Shown here piece by piece: positions 1-9,983 of a DNA stretch of 64,000 nucleotides. Where the stretch lies: the NCBI GenBank assembly GCA_964423065.1, contig CAYRDN010000001.1, positions 188,619 through 252,618 on the forward strand, read 5' to 3'. The position numbers and the translations under genes are program-made. The notes under the pieces were generated by a model that did no database searches, was not told the DNA's origin, and saw only the letters and a program-made list of their open reading frames with translations. Every line of letters starts with the position of its first letter. Position 1 is the stretch's first letter. The stretch is from an uncultured Oleiharenicola sp. GTDB lineage: Bacteria > Verrucomicrobiota > Verrucomicrobiia > Opitutales > Opitutaceae.

Positions 1-17
1 CCTGTTTCCCCTCTCTC

Positions 18-45
18 ATCCGGGTGAATTCGCGTTATTCGCGGG
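18..45. repeat. Short ~9-nt tandem repeat (ATCCGGGTGA-ATTCGCGTT-ATTCGCGGG), REP-like intergenic element
   Basis: Tandem ATTCGCG units seen directly; probably one arm of an element truncated by the window edge. Confidence 0.35.
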
Positions 46-166
46 AAATCATCTGCATGGATCCGGTTAATCTGCTCTAGCCGGCTTCGTGGCGCTCAAT
101 CCCGCGCATTGGGTTTATCGATTAACGCCCCGCGGCGGAAACCGGGTAGAGTGGCGGCATTCCCCC

Positions 167-1148
167 ATGAACTTCCTCATGAAATATTCCTGCCGGCTCG
201 TCGCGTGCGCCCTGCTCCTCATCACGCTCCTGCTCGTGCCGCGGCTTGTCGGCGGCCCGCCCCCGTACCTGCCGCCCGAGCCCCTGCCCGCCACCCCCGT
301 CTCCGACCGCATGCGCCACAGCCTCAAGCTGCGGTTCCATCTGGAAAGCTTCGGTGTCACCGAGACGGAGCTCCTCCGGGAGGGCGACGGCCTCGTCCTC
401 ACCCGCCTGTCGGCGCGCCTCGCCGCGAGCCGGCACGTCGGCCGCGCCGTGATCCACGCGCTCGACGGCGTGGTCGACGCCCGCGGCGAGCTCGACCGTG
501 CCCGGACCGAGGTCTACGTGCCGGATGGTTTCTCGCCACCGAGGCGCCCAAGCACCCGAACCTGCTCTGGGGTGCGAGCGTCAACCCCTACCGGCCCGAC
601 GCCCTCGCCCGGCTGGAATGGGCCCGCGCCTCATTCTCTTCTACCGGAAAATGGTCGAGCTCGGCCTGACCTTGCTGACGCACACCGGGAACGGGCACTC
701 GTTCACGCAGGCCCGCGACGTGCTGTGCGATCCCGACCGCCTCCGCCTGCCGCTGTCCCAGGGCGTCACCGTGATCGCGGCGCACGCCGCGACGACCGGC
801 CGGTTCGACGGCGAGTGCTCCGTCGACCGGTTGGCGCAGCTGCTGCCGCTTCACCCCAACCTCTGCGCCGACCTCTCCTCGCTGACGCAGCTCAACAAGC
901 CCGGCGATCCCGGCGCGGTCCTCCGCCGGCCCGAGTTCCGCCACCGGCTGCTCTACGGCACCGACTATCCGCTGATCGGGATCGGCGCCCTGGTTTCCCC
1001 GTGGCATTTCCCGGGGCAGCTGTCGTTTTCCCAGATGCAGGCCGTCGCCGGCCTCACCTATCCCTGGGATCGCGATGTCGCCCTCAAACAGGCGTTGGGC
1101 GTAACCGCCGAGGTCTGGACCCGCGCCGACGGGCTGCCCGCCTGGTGA
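167..1148 (+). pseudogene. Amidohydrolase-family (TIM-barrel metallohydrolase) gene broken by frameshifts/deletions
   Basis: Coherent protein is split over three frames: MNFLMKY...EVYVPDGF (frame of ORF 89), FLATEAPKHPNLLWGASVNPYRPDALARLEWARA (frame of ORF 109), LILFYRKMVELGLTLLTHTG...VIAAH...LLYGTDYP (frame of ORF 498). HTG, AAH and YGTDYP are amidohydrolase_2 motifs; the N-terminal DxHxH motif is missing. Confidence 0.75.
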
Positions 1149-1220
1149 GGCCGGCGCGGCCGCCCCGCCCGATTCCGCTCGCGTGCCCCGCGGCCAGCGG
1201 CGACAAAGCGCGTTTCCTTC

Positions 1221-2495
1221 ATGCAGCGCGTCCTGACCCCTCTCCGCACCCTGTTCCACCACCGCGAATTCCTCGTGGTGCTCGCCGCCTGTGTGGTGCT
1301 CGGCCTCAGCGCGTCCTTCGTCACCCCTTTCCTCTCGATGTTCGGGACGATCGAGGTCGGGATGAGCCCGGCGGTCTTCGGCGCGTTCATGACGGTGACG
1401 GCGGTCAGCAGCATCCTGATCGCCACCTGGCTGGCCCACCGCTCGGACACGCAGCATTCGCGGCGCGGCATGCTCCTGCTCGGCGCGGCCGGCGGGATGC
1501 TCGGCTACCTGGGCTTCGCCTTCGTGCGCGACCCGGCCGGGCTGGTCGTCATCGGCTCGCTCGCGCTGGGCGTGGCCTCGATCACCTTCGCCCAGCTGTT
1601 TGCCCACGCCCGCGAGACGCTGGGCCGGTCCGGCGTGCCGCCCGGCGAGGCGCCGCTGTACATGAATCTGTTCCGCATGTTCTTCGCCCTGGCGTGGACG
1701 GTCGGCCCGGCCGCGGCGGCGGCGACCCTGCACCTGTACTCCTTCCGGGGCCTGTTCCTGGTGGCGGCGTTGCTGCAGCTGGTGTTTTTTGTCCTCGTGG
1801 CCGGCTTCATGCCGGCCACGGCCCGGCCCGCGGCCGCGGCGGGATCCCCGGCCGTGGCGCTGCGCGATCTCCTGCGGCTGCCGGGGGTGGGCGCCTGGTT
1901 CGCCGCCTTCGTCCTCGTCTTCACCGCCGGCACCATGTCGATGATGAACATGTCGCTGCTCGTGCTGCACGTGCTGCGTGGCACCGAAACCCAGGTCGGG
2001 ATCATCTTCAGCCTCGCGCCGCTCTTCGAGCTGCCGTTCATGTTCTACGTCGGCCTGCTGGCGACCCGGCTGGAACAGCCGCGGCTCATCCGGGCCGCCG
2101 TGATCGTCTCGCTCTGCTATTATGCCGCGCTTGTGCTGGTCCGGGCGCCGTGGCAGGTTTACCCGCTGCAGATTCTCAGCGCCGCGTTTGTCTCGGTCAC
2201 CTCCGGCGTCGCGATCACTTTTTTCCAGGACCAGCTTCCGCGGCAGCCGGGCGCCGCGACCAACCTCTATGTGAACGCCCTGCGCATCGGCTCGACCGCC
2301 GGCTATCTGCTGTTCGGCACCATCGCCGGCGGCCTGGGCTACCGGGCGGTCTACGTCGCCTGCTCGCTGCTCAGCGCCGCCGCCCTGGGGCTGATGCTCC
2401 GGCAGCGCCGGTCGGAGCCCACACGGCCGGCGGTATGGCCTACTCCTTCTCCCACGCGTCGGCCGGCGGATAGGATGTCACGAGCAGGACATTGA
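1221..2495 (+). CDS. MFS transporter, sugar efflux (SetA/B-like)
   Basis: About 12 hydrophobic segments, MFS motif A-like 'LAHRSDTQHSRR', FELPFM and 'PGAATNLY' resemble Set family. Confidence 0.8.
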   Translation: MQRVLTPLRTLFHHREFLVVLAACVVLGLSASFVTPFLSMFGTIEVGMSPAVFGAFMTVTAVSSILIATWLAHRSDTQHSRRGMLLLGAAGGMLGYLGFAFVRDPAGLVVIGSLALGVASITFAQLFAHARETLGRSGVPPGEAPLYMNLFRMFFALAWTVGPAAAAATLHLYSFRGLFLVAALLQLVFFVLVAGFMPATARPAAAAGSPAVALRDLLRLPGVGAWFAAFVLVFTAGTMSMMNMSLLVLHVLRGTETQVGIIFSLAPLFELPFMFYVGLLATRLEQPRLIRAAVIVSLCYYAALVLVRAPWQVYPLQILSAAFVSVTSGVAITFFQDQLPRQPGAATNLYVNALRIGSTAGYLLFGTIAGGLGYRAVYVACSLLSAAALGLMLRQRRSEPTRPAVWPTPSPTRRPADRMSRAGH

Positions 2496-2991
2496 TCACC
2501 GCCAGCACGGCCAGCCCGGCCACGCCGTTCTGGACCGAGCGCGCCAGATGCGGCAGCGGTTGATCGACGGCGCCCAGGGCGGGGATGAAAAACTGGACCA
2601 TGAGGGCGAGCGCCTTGCCCGCCACCCACGCCAGCGGCGCGGTGAAGCGCCCGCCCGGCCGGCGACCGAGCAGCAGGGCGGCCACCAGGACGAAGAAAAA
2701 AATTTCCAGGCTCATCGGACCGGCGTTTTTCAGGGCGGGCAGGCCGGTGAACAGCAGGTTGATGAGCGGCGTGACAAGCCCGACCAGCAGGCCGAGCACC
2801 GCCCCGTGGAAATAGACCGCGAGAAATGTCGTCCAGAAAACCGGCAGCAGATAGACGCCCAGCGGGCGGGATCCGGCCCAGGGCAGCAGGTGCACGAGCA
2901 CCGGGACCAGCCACGCCACCGCCAGCAGGATCGAGGTTTCACGCCAGCTGGCGCGGGGCAGGACGAAGGGAGCGCGGGCGTAATGGCTCAT
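2440..2991 (-). CDS. Integral membrane protein, possibly ECF S-component-like
   Basis: 183 aa, 5-6 TM segments, 'LLPVFW...GLLVGLVTPLINLLFTGLP' pattern; TAGCAT -10-like hexamer 8 nt before ATG. Confidence 0.6.
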   Translation of the reverse strand: MSHYARAPFVLPRASWRETSILLAVAWLVPVLVHLLPWAGSRPLGVYLLPVFWTTFLAVYFHGAVLGLLVGLVTPLINLLFTGLPALKNAGPMSLEIFFFVLVAALLLGRRPGGRFTAPLAWVAGKALALMVQFFIPALGAVDQPLPHLARSVQNGVAGLAVLAVINVLLVTSYPPADAWEKE

Positions 2992-3161
2992 GCCGCACCA
3001 TGCTAGGCGGTCCGGCCCGGCAGCGGAAGCCGAATCTAAGACCGCGGGTGCGCGCGGGCGTCGCCGGTGGCAATGCCGCCGGCGCCCAGCTCCTTGCGCC
3101 CCATCCCCCGCTCACATGATTCCCCCTTGCCTAGTGCCCCGGGCTGCGCAGGAATAGCTGC

Positions 3162-3710
3162 ATGCCAGCCCCGCACGAATCCCGCCGCCTGCTCGGTCGC
3201 CGGAGCATACCCCGGTCCACCGCGGGCGTGGGCCTCGTCGAGCTGATGGTCGTCGTGCTCATCATCAGCATGCTCATGGCGCTCGCGGTCCCCTCGTACC
3301 AGCGGGTGCGGAAAAGGGCCAAGGCCGGCGCCATCGTGAACGACCTCCGCGTGTTCTCCGCCGTCTACCTGGCGTATGCTCATGAAAATGGCGCCTGGCC
3401 CGCGGAGGCGGCCGCCGGGGTCATCCCGACCGGGGTCACCAGCCAGGACCTGAAGTCCGACGTGTGGATGAATCCCACCCCCATCGGGGGCAAGTTCGAC
3501 TGGGAATACATGCAGGTCCATCCGGGCGGGACCAGTCCGGGCGGCACCTGGCGCGCCGCCATCGCGATCTCCGACACCTCCGACGCGCCGCTGATCGTGG
3601 ACCTGGAGCTGTATCAGATGATGGACCAGGCCCTCGACGACGGCAACCTGAACACCGGGTCCTTCCGCCTGGGCAACAACAACTGCCCCATCTACATCCT
3701 CGAACCCTGA
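3162..3710 (+). CDS. Prepilin-type N-terminal cleavage/methylation domain protein (type IV pilin/pseudopilin-like)
   Basis: G|VGLVELMVVVLIISMLMALAVP with Glu+5 and hydrophobic helix; paralog of 45388-45879. Confidence 0.8.
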   Translation: MPAPHESRRLLGRRSIPRSTAGVGLVELMVVVLIISMLMALAVPSYQRVRKRAKAGAIVNDLRVFSAVYLAYAHENGAWPAEAAAGVIPTGVTSQDLKSDVWMNPTPIGGKFDWEYMQVHPGGTSPGGTWRAAIAISDTSDAPLIVDLELYQMMDQALDDGNLNTGSFRLGNNNCPIYILEP

Positions 3711-4507
3711 TGCCGGCGAGCACCTACAGCGTCACCCTGCACCACCTGTCGCCCGACGCGACCGCGGCCGGGCTGGACTATCCGGACGAGCAGCTGCCGA
3801 CCGTGACGGTCGCGCAATTGCGCGAGCTGCTCTTCGCCCTCAGCGCGGTGGCGGCGAAGCTGACGATTTACGAGCCGTCGACCCCGGAAATCCGGGTGAA
3901 GACCGACCGGGAGATCTTCATCATCCGCACCCGCTACCGCCGGCTGTGCTTTGTCGGCTGGGAAACCATCCTGCGGGGCGAGGATCATTCCGTGGCGTAC
4001 ATCATGTCCACGGTCACCGGCACGCAGGAGCAGCCGGTGAAGACGTCGCCGAAGCTGGACCGGCCCTACACGCCGAGCCACGCCAGCAACCCGCCGGTGG
4101 ACATGGGCGTGGTGCCGCGCTGGGCCAAGATCACGGTGCTGGCGGTGCTGATCATCGGTTTCAATGCCGTGACCGCGTGGATGCTGCTGCGCCCGCCGCC
4201 CACGCTGGTGCCGAAGCACGAGTTGCTCTCCGAATCCGAATCCCGCGCCCTCATGATCAAGACCTCGGGCGAGTACGAGACCGGCACGCAGGAAGGCGCC
4301 CGGCGCCTCGTCATCGATCCCGACGGGGTGCTGCGGCTCGCCAAGTTCGGTCCGCAACGGACCGTGCTTGAGGAAAGGCGGAAGCCCGCCCGCGGCGCCC
4401 TGGTGGACGGCCGCACCGCCCTGATCACCGCCGACGGCGTGGTCGTGCTCAAGGACGCGGACACGGTCGTGTACTTTGGCATTCCCTACCACCGCCACGG
4501 CAGCTGA
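3710..4507 (+). CDS. Hypothetical single-TM protein
   Basis: ATG overlaps the pilin stop (TGATG); GC3-biased codons; one TM 'ITVLAVLIIGFNAVTAWMLL'. Confidence 0.7.
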   Translation: MPASTYSVTLHHLSPDATAAGLDYPDEQLPTVTVAQLRELLFALSAVAAKLTIYEPSTPEIRVKTDREIFIIRTRYRRLCFVGWETILRGEDHSVAYIMSTVTGTQEQPVKTSPKLDRPYTPSHASNPPVDMGVVPRWAKITVLAVLIIGFNAVTAWMLLRPPPTLVPKHELLSESESRALMIKTSGEYETGTQEGARRLVIDPDGVLRLAKFGPQRTVLEERRKPARGALVDGRTALITADGVVVLKDADTVVYFGIPYHRHGS

Positions 4508-4531
4508 GGGCGCCGGCCCGGCGGGATCGCC

Positions 4532-5515
4532 CTACCGTTCCAGCACCGCCCGCAGCTTCGGCCCGATCCGCCGGGCCAGTGTCCGGTTCGCGTAACCCAC
4601 CCACGCCACGGGCGTGGTCGTGTCGAGCGGCGCCCGCAACGGCCGTCCGTCCGGCGCGGTGATGATGCACCCCGCCTCCTGCGCGATCAGCGCCGTGCAG
4701 ATGTCGTAGGGATGGCACGCCAGCGCGGCGCGCACGCCCAGGCGCGCGAAGGCCAGCGGCCGCAGGTCGGCGAGGAAACGGTCGTGGCCCGCCAGCAGCT
4801 CATGGAGCTGGCCCCCGGTGCTGAGGTACTGGTCGTCGAAGATCTCCCCGCCGTCGCCCAGCCGGCGCCAGAGCCGTTCCTCGCGTTCCGCCAGCCACGC
4901 CTTGCCCGGCGGGAAGAACTTCGCGAACGACGCAAATCCCCGGGCCAGGTCGCGCGCCGTCGACGGCCGCGGCTTGAAGCTCGTCCGCCGGCCCGTGCGC
5001 AGGTCGATCCCGGCCGCGACCACGCCCCGCCCGCGTCCCGCGCTGAACTGGTCGGCGCGGCCCTGTTTGCCGGTGGGCAGCTCGGTCATCGCCGCGACGA
5101 AGATGTCCCGCAGGTTCGTTTTCTTCCCGCGCTGCGGCGCCAGCGCCGCCAGGCTCCACGCGGCGCGTTTGTCGTACATCAGCCCGCGCGTGCCGTCGAT
5201 CGGGTCGAGGATGCACTTGAACCGCGTGGCCGCCACCGGCGTGCCGCGCGGGAAGGTGACGGGGCGGGGCCGTTCCTCGAGTCCCTCCATGACCAGCTCC
5301 ACCGGCCAGCGTCGCGGCCAGTGGGCGGTGAACCACGCCAGCACCGCCCGCTCGCTGACCCGGTCGATGGCGAAGATGGTGTCGGCCGCGGTGACCGCGG
5401 CGACCCGCGCCATCCGCTTCATGCCCCGCCGCTGGGCCGCGCGGACCGAGTCGCGGATGTCATCCTGCAGCCGGCAGAGGAGCCGGCGGACCTGGTCAGT
5501 TTCCGCGGGTTTCAC
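4532..5515 (-). CDS. Inositol monophosphatase/FIG superfamily phosphatase
   Basis: 'LDPIDGT' metal-binding motif, 'HPYDIC'; probable GTG start at 5515 just after punA. Confidence 0.75.
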   Translation of the reverse strand: MKPAETDQVRRLLCRLQDDIRDSVRAAQRRGMKRMARVAAVTAADTIFAIDRVSERAVLAWFTAHWPRRWPVELVMEGLEERPRPVTFPRGTPVAATRFKCILDPIDGTRGLMYDKRAAWSLAALAPQRGKKTNLRDIFVAAMTELPTGKQGRADQFSAGRGRGVVAAGIDLRTGRRTSFKPRPSTARDLARGFASFAKFFPPGKAWLAEREERLWRRLGDGGEIFDDQYLSTGGQLHELLAGHDRFLADLRPLAFARLGVRAALACHPYDICTALIAQEAGCIITAPDGRPLRAPLDTTTPVAWVGYANRTLARRIGPKLRAVLER

Positions 5516-5528
5516 AGCGCCGCTTGGT

Positions 5529-6362
5529 TCAAAGGAACGGCACGGAGCCGGCGACGAGCCGTTCAAAGGCCGCGGCGCCGCGGGCGGCGTTCGCCAGCGT
5601 GTGCGCGTGGGTCAGGTGCTCGTCGGAGAGGCCCGCGCCCATGTTGGTGATGCAGGAGACGCCGACGACCTTCAGGCCGCAGTGGCGGGCGATGAGGCAG
5701 TCGGGCACGCTCGACATGCCGACCGCGTCGCCGCCCCAGCCCTGCACCATGCGGATCTCCGCCGGGGTCTCGAACGACGGCCCGCGGAAGGCCACGTAGA
5801 CACCCTGGTGCAGCGTGATGCCCTCCTTTTTTGCTACTTCACTGATGCGGGCGGACAGCTCCTGGTCCCAGGCGTCGGTCACGGGGAAGAAACGCGGGCC
5901 GAAGGTCTCGTCGTTGGGCCCGGTCAGCGGGTTCAGCCCGAGGAAGTTGATGTGGTCGGTGATCAGCATGAGCTCGCTGACCCGGATGTGCGGCCGGAGG
6001 CTGCCGGCGGCGTTCGACAGGAAGAGCGTCTCGGCGCCCGCCGCGCGCACCGCGCGGATCATGGTCTTCAACGGATAGGCGTCGTCCGTCTCATAGAAAT
6101 GCTTGCGGCCCTTCAGCACGATCACCGGCACGCCGTTGAGTTTGCCCGCGATCAGCTCGCCGACATGGCCCGGCACGGTCAGCACCGGAAAGCCGGGGAG
6201 AGCCTGGTAGGCGACGGTGACGGGTTGCGCGATCTGTTGCGCGAGGCCGCCGAGGCCGGAGCCGAGGATGATCGCGATCCTCGGTTTCAGGTCGCCAAGC
6301 GCGGCGTTGATCTTGGCGGCCGACTGGCGGACGTTTTCGAGGTGGACCTGCTGCGTCGTCAT
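5529..6362 (-). CDS. punA: Purine nucleoside phosphorylase (trimeric PNP family)
   Basis: IILGSGLG, GRKHFYE, GPSFETPAE, VGMSSVP, ITN motifs. Confidence 0.92.
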   Translation of the reverse strand: MTTQQVHLENVRQSAAKINAALGDLKPRIAIILGSGLGGLAQQIAQPVTVAYQALPGFPVLTVPGHVGELIAGKLNGVPVIVLKGRKHFYETDDAYPLKTMIRAVRAAGAETLFLSNAAGSLRPHIRVSELMLITDHINFLGLNPLTGPNDETFGPRFFPVTDAWDQELSARISEVAKKEGITLHQGVYVAFRGPSFETPAEIRMVQGWGGDAVGMSSVPDCLIARHCGLKVVGVSCITNMGAGLSDEHLTHAHTLANAARGAAAFERLVAGSVPFL

Positions 6363-6421
6363 GGGCGGAACCTAACTGAAACCCGGCGGCGGGAAAAGGC
6401 CGCATTTTCAAGGCGGAGAGG

Positions 6422-6497
6422 TGGCGGCGGGGCCACCGGCCCCGCGAGACATGGGTCGCACCCGCGTTGGCCCGCGGGACCGGTGGTCCCGCCGCCA
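6422..6497. repeat. REP-like inverted doublet (two 25-nt arms, each self-palindromic)
   Basis: TGGCGGCGGGGCCACCGGCCCCGCG (6422-6446) and CGCGGGACCGGTGGTCCCGCCGCCA (6473-6497) are 23/25 reverse complements. Confidence 0.8.
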
Positions 6498-6508
6498 AGC
6501 GGAAACGA

Positions 6509-6748
6509 TCAGGCCGGCGGTTTGGGCGCCGGTTTCGCCACCGGGATGAACGCCGCCTGGCGCAGGATTTCCTCCTTCGAAGTCCCGAGCCGGCCCGCGA
6601 TGGTGTTGAGCCGCACGGCCTCGGGCGGGGTCAGCACGGTCTGGCGCGGGGTGCCGTCGCGGTCGACCCACTTCACGGCGTGGATTTTCTGCCGCGACGC
6701 CTTGACCAGGTCGCGCAGGAAAACTTGTTCGTCCTCGGGTAAATCCAT
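6509..6748 (-). CDS. Small hypothetical protein
   Basis: 79-aa ORF with normal codon bias between punA and gpsA; TTGACC upstream. Confidence 0.65.
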   Translation of the reverse strand: MDLPEDEQVFLRDLVKASRQKIHAVKWVDRDGTPRQTVLTPPEAVRLNTIAGRLGTSKEEILRQAAFIPVAKPAPKPPA

Positions 6749-6819
6749 GCCCCAGTTGGCCGCGACCGGGGCGGAAGGTCAAGCCGGCGCCCCGGCCCGC
6801 GGCCGACAATCGCCGGAGG

Positions 6820-7872
6820 CTACTTGGGGGGCCAGGGGGTGAGGGTCTCGCGCTTGAGCTCGCGGGTCATGAGCGCGGTCAGGGCGTCGGCGGGTTTCTT
6901 GTGCTGGTAGAGGATCGCGTAGACCTCGCCGAGGATCGGGGCGGAGATGCCGCGGTCCCGGCACAGGCCGTGCAGCGCCTCGGTCGTGCGGTGTCCCTCG
7001 ACGACGGTCTTCCGGCCGGCGAGGAGCTCCGCGACGGTCTTGCCGGCGCCGATCTTCTCGCCGAACTCGCGGTTGCGGCTCCAGGCCCCGTGGCTCGTGG
7101 CCACGAGGTCGCCGAAGCCGCTGAGCCCGTAGAAGGTCTCCTGCTTGGCCCCGAGGGCCTGGCCGACCCGCACCATCTCGGCCAGGGACCGGGTGAGGAG
7201 GGAGGCCTTGGAATTGTCGCCCAGCTTCAGGCCGTCGCAGAAGCCGGCGGCGATGGCGTAGATGTTCTTGAGGCCGGCGCCGTATTCCGCGCCGGCGAGG
7301 TCGTCGCTGGTGTAGATGCGCAGGGCGGAATTGCTCATGGCGGCCTGGACCAGGGGCACAAAGCTGTCGGCGCGCTGCGCGGCCAGCACCATCGCGGCGG
7401 GCAGGCCGCGGGCCACCTCGGCGGCGTTGGTCGGACCGGTCAGCGTCCCGCAGTTCAACCCGGGCAGGATCTGGGCCATCATCTCGCTGGGCCGGAGGTG
7501 TGTGCCGGTCTCGAGGCCCTTCACGAGGCTGAGGAAAAGCTGCAGGCGCGAGGTGTCGTGCAGGACGGTGTGCATCTGCTCGCACCAGGCGCGCAGGGAC
7601 TGGGACGGGCAGGCGATCAGCGCCACGTCGGCCTCGACCAGGGCGGAGCGGAGGTCGGCGGTGACGAGGAGCGGTCCGGGCAGGGCGATGCCGGGCAGGT
7701 AGTCGCGGTTCTCGCGGACGGCGCGCAGCGCCTCGGCGTGCTCAGGCCGGCGGGTGACGAGGGTCGTGTGCTGGCCGCGCCGGGTGAGGTGCACGGCCAT
7801 CGCGGTGCCCCACGCGCCCGCGCCGATGACCGCAAAGTTGAGGGGGCGCTGCTCGGGCATGGGGACAGCCAT
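6820..7872 (-). CDS. gpsA: NAD(P)H-dependent glycerol-3-phosphate dehydrogenase
   Basis: VIGAGAWGTA Rossmann motif, KG, GPTNA, LKNIYAIA, GLSGFGDL, SRNREFG; start overlaps lysA stop (alternative start 7860). Confidence 0.95.
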   Translation of the reverse strand: MAVPMPEQRPLNFAVIGAGAWGTAMAVHLTRRGQHTTLVTRRPEHAEALRAVRENRDYLPGIALPGPLLVTADLRSALVEADVALIACPSQSLRAWCEQMHTVLHDTSRLQLFLSLVKGLETGTHLRPSEMMAQILPGLNCGTLTGPTNAAEVARGLPAAMVLAAQRADSFVPLVQAAMSNSALRIYTSDDLAGAEYGAGLKNIYAIAAGFCDGLKLGDNSKASLLTRSLAEMVRVGQALGAKQETFYGLSGFGDLVATSHGAWSRNREFGEKIGAGKTVAELLAGRKTVVEGHRTTEALHGLCRDRGISAPILGEVYAILYQHKKPADALTALMTRELKRETLTPWPPK

Positions 7873-9179
7873 CAGGTTTTGAGGAAACCGGGGATTCTTT
7901 CGCCGGCGACCATAGCCTCGAAATTTTCGCGGGCATTGACCAGCTCGAACCGGCTGCCGGACACGAGCACCTCGGCGGGCATGGGCCGGGTGTTGTAGCG
8001 GCTGGCCATGGTGTAGCCATAGGCGCCGGCGCTGAGGAAGGCGACCAGCTCGCCCTCGCCCAGGGTCTGGACGGTGCGGTCCTTGGCGAAGCAGTCGCCC
8101 GACTCGCAGATCGGGCCGACGAGGTCGGCCACCAGCGCGGGGCGCGACGTGTCCCGGCGGAGCGGCACGAGCTCGTGGTAGGCCTCGTACATCGCGGGGC
8201 GGACGAGGTCGTTCATGGCCGCGTCGAGCACGAGGAAATTCCGGCCCGCGCCGCGCTTGAGGTATTCGACCCGGGAGAGGAGCACGCCGGCGTTGCCGAC
8301 GAGGAAGCGGCCGGGTTCGAGGAGGATCTTCAGCCCGAGCGGCGCCAGCAGCGGCCGCAGCGCCGCGCCGTAGGCCTCGGGGGTGAGCGGGCGCTCGCCC
8401 GCGGGCCGGGCGTCCCACCAGGCGGCGGCGCCGCTGGCGAGGGCGTCCTCGTAGACGATGCCGATGCCGCCCCCGATGCTGAAATAGGTGATGCCGTAGC
8501 GCTGCTTCAGCTGCAGGACGAAGGGGATGACCTTCTCGACCGCCTCGACGAAGGGGGCGGCGGAGGTGAGCTGGGAACCGATGTGCATCTGCACGCCCTT
8601 GAGCTCGAGGTGCGGGTACGCGGCGGCGGCCTCGTAGGCGGCGGCGGCCTGGCGGAGCGGGATGCCGAACTTGTTCTCGCTCTTGCCGGTGGTGATCTTG
8701 GCGTGCGTCTTCGCGTCGACGTCGGGGTTGATGCGGATGGCGACGGGGGCCCGGCGGCCCAGCTGGCCGGCGAGGTGGTTGATGCGCGCCAGCTCGGGCT
8801 CGCTCTCGACGTGGAAGCCGTACACGCCGGTCTCGAGGGCGAGCCGGATCTCCGCCTCGGTCTTGCCGACGCCGGCGAACACGCTGCGCGCGGCGCTGCC
8901 GCCGGCGGCCAGCACGCGGCGGAGCTCGCCGCCGCTCACCAGGTCGAAGGCCGCCCCGAGGTTGGCGAACAGGCGCAGGACGGCGAGGTTGGAGTTGGCC
9001 TTCATCGCGAAGCAGAGCTGCGCGTCGAGCCCGGCGAGGCTGGCGGTCAGCCGGCGGCAATTGTCGGTGATGGTCTGCGCGCTGTAGACGTAGGTCGGGG
9101 TGCCGTGGAGCTGCGCGACGGCGGCGAGGTCGACCGATTCGCAATGGAGCTTCTGGCCGTGGTAGCGGAAATGGTGCAT
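7872..9179 (-). CDS. lysA: Diaminopimelate decarboxylase
   Basis: FAMKAN (PLP Lys), HIGSQ, GGG, EPGR, GPICESGD, GAYG, SRYN. Confidence 0.95.
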   Translation of the reverse strand: MHHFRYHGQKLHCESVDLAAVAQLHGTPTYVYSAQTITDNCRRLTASLAGLDAQLCFAMKANSNLAVLRLFANLGAAFDLVSGGELRRVLAAGGSAARSVFAGVGKTEAEIRLALETGVYGFHVESEPELARINHLAGQLGRRAPVAIRINPDVDAKTHAKITTGKSENKFGIPLRQAAAAYEAAAAYPHLELKGVQMHIGSQLTSAAPFVEAVEKVIPFVLQLKQRYGITYFSIGGGIGIVYEDALASGAAAWWDARPAGERPLTPEAYGAALRPLLAPLGLKILLEPGRFLVGNAGVLLSRVEYLKRGAGRNFLVLDAAMNDLVRPAMYEAYHELVPLRRDTSRPALVADLVGPICESGDCFAKDRTVQTLGEGELVAFLSAGAYGYTMASRYNTRPMPAEVLVSGSRFELVNARENFEAMVAGERIPGFLKT

Positions 9180-9321
9180 CGGGAGGGAGGGCGTGGAGCA
9201 GTCGAGATAGCCAGAATCCCCCTGAAAGGAAGAGCTATTTTCGCCGGACTGTGCCCGGGCCGGCGGGCGGCACAGCGTAAAGCGGGTTGCCAGTCCCGCG
9301 CCAGGCGCTTTAGTGCGGGTG

Positions 9322-9945
9322 ATGCATCCCAGTGCGGAACTCTACCCGTGGATCACCGCCGGCGCCATCGCCTGGGGGTTGCTGGACTGTGTTTTCGGCT
9401 ACCGGATTTTCAAGTTCACGCTGGCCGTGCTCGGCGGGCTGATCGGGGTCGTGCTGGGCCACGTGGCGGCCGTGAAGCTGGGGTTCGGTCCGGCCGGCAC
9501 CATCGGCGTCCTGCTGGCCGGCGGGCTGCTGGGCGCCGGCCTGGCGTTCCTGCTCTACATCGTGGCGGTGTTTCTGGCCGGCTTCCTGTTCGGGGCCACC
9601 CTCGGCGTGCTGTTGCTGGCGGAATTCCACCAGATGGTCGCGCTGCTGAGCGGCTGCGTGCTGGGGCTCGTCGGCGGATTCCTGGCGGTGAAGCTGCAGC
9701 GGGTGCTGCTGATCCTCTCGACGGCGCTCCTGGGCTCGTTCCGCGCCCTGGTCGCGCTGCTGTATTTCACGCAGCAGCTGGACTGGTTTTATTATTACCA
9801 GCAGCCGCAGCAGATCCCCGCCCTCGTCGCCAGCCACGCGTGGCTGCTCCCCGCGGTCCTGGTGCTGGCCGCCGTCGGCGTCGTCGTGCAACTGGGCCTC
9901 AGCGAGGCGGCCGGGAAAAAGAAAACCGAGAAGAAGCGCGAGTAA
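9322..9945 (+). CDS. Gly-rich integral membrane protein (DUF4203/TMEM198-like)
   Basis: 'CVFGYRIFK...GGLIG', 'STALLGS'; about 7 TM segments. Confidence 0.7.
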   Translation: MHPSAELYPWITAGAIAWGLLDCVFGYRIFKFTLAVLGGLIGVVLGHVAAVKLGFGPAGTIGVLLAGGLLGAGLAFLLYIVAVFLAGFLFGATLGVLLLAEFHQMVALLSGCVLGLVGGFLAVKLQRVLLILSTALLGSFRALVALLYFTQQLDWFYYYQQPQQIPALVASHAWLLPAVLVLAAVGVVVQLGLSEAAGKKKTEKKRE

Positions 9946-9983
9946 CCTTGCCGCCCGTCCGGCCGGCCACATCATGCGGCGGA

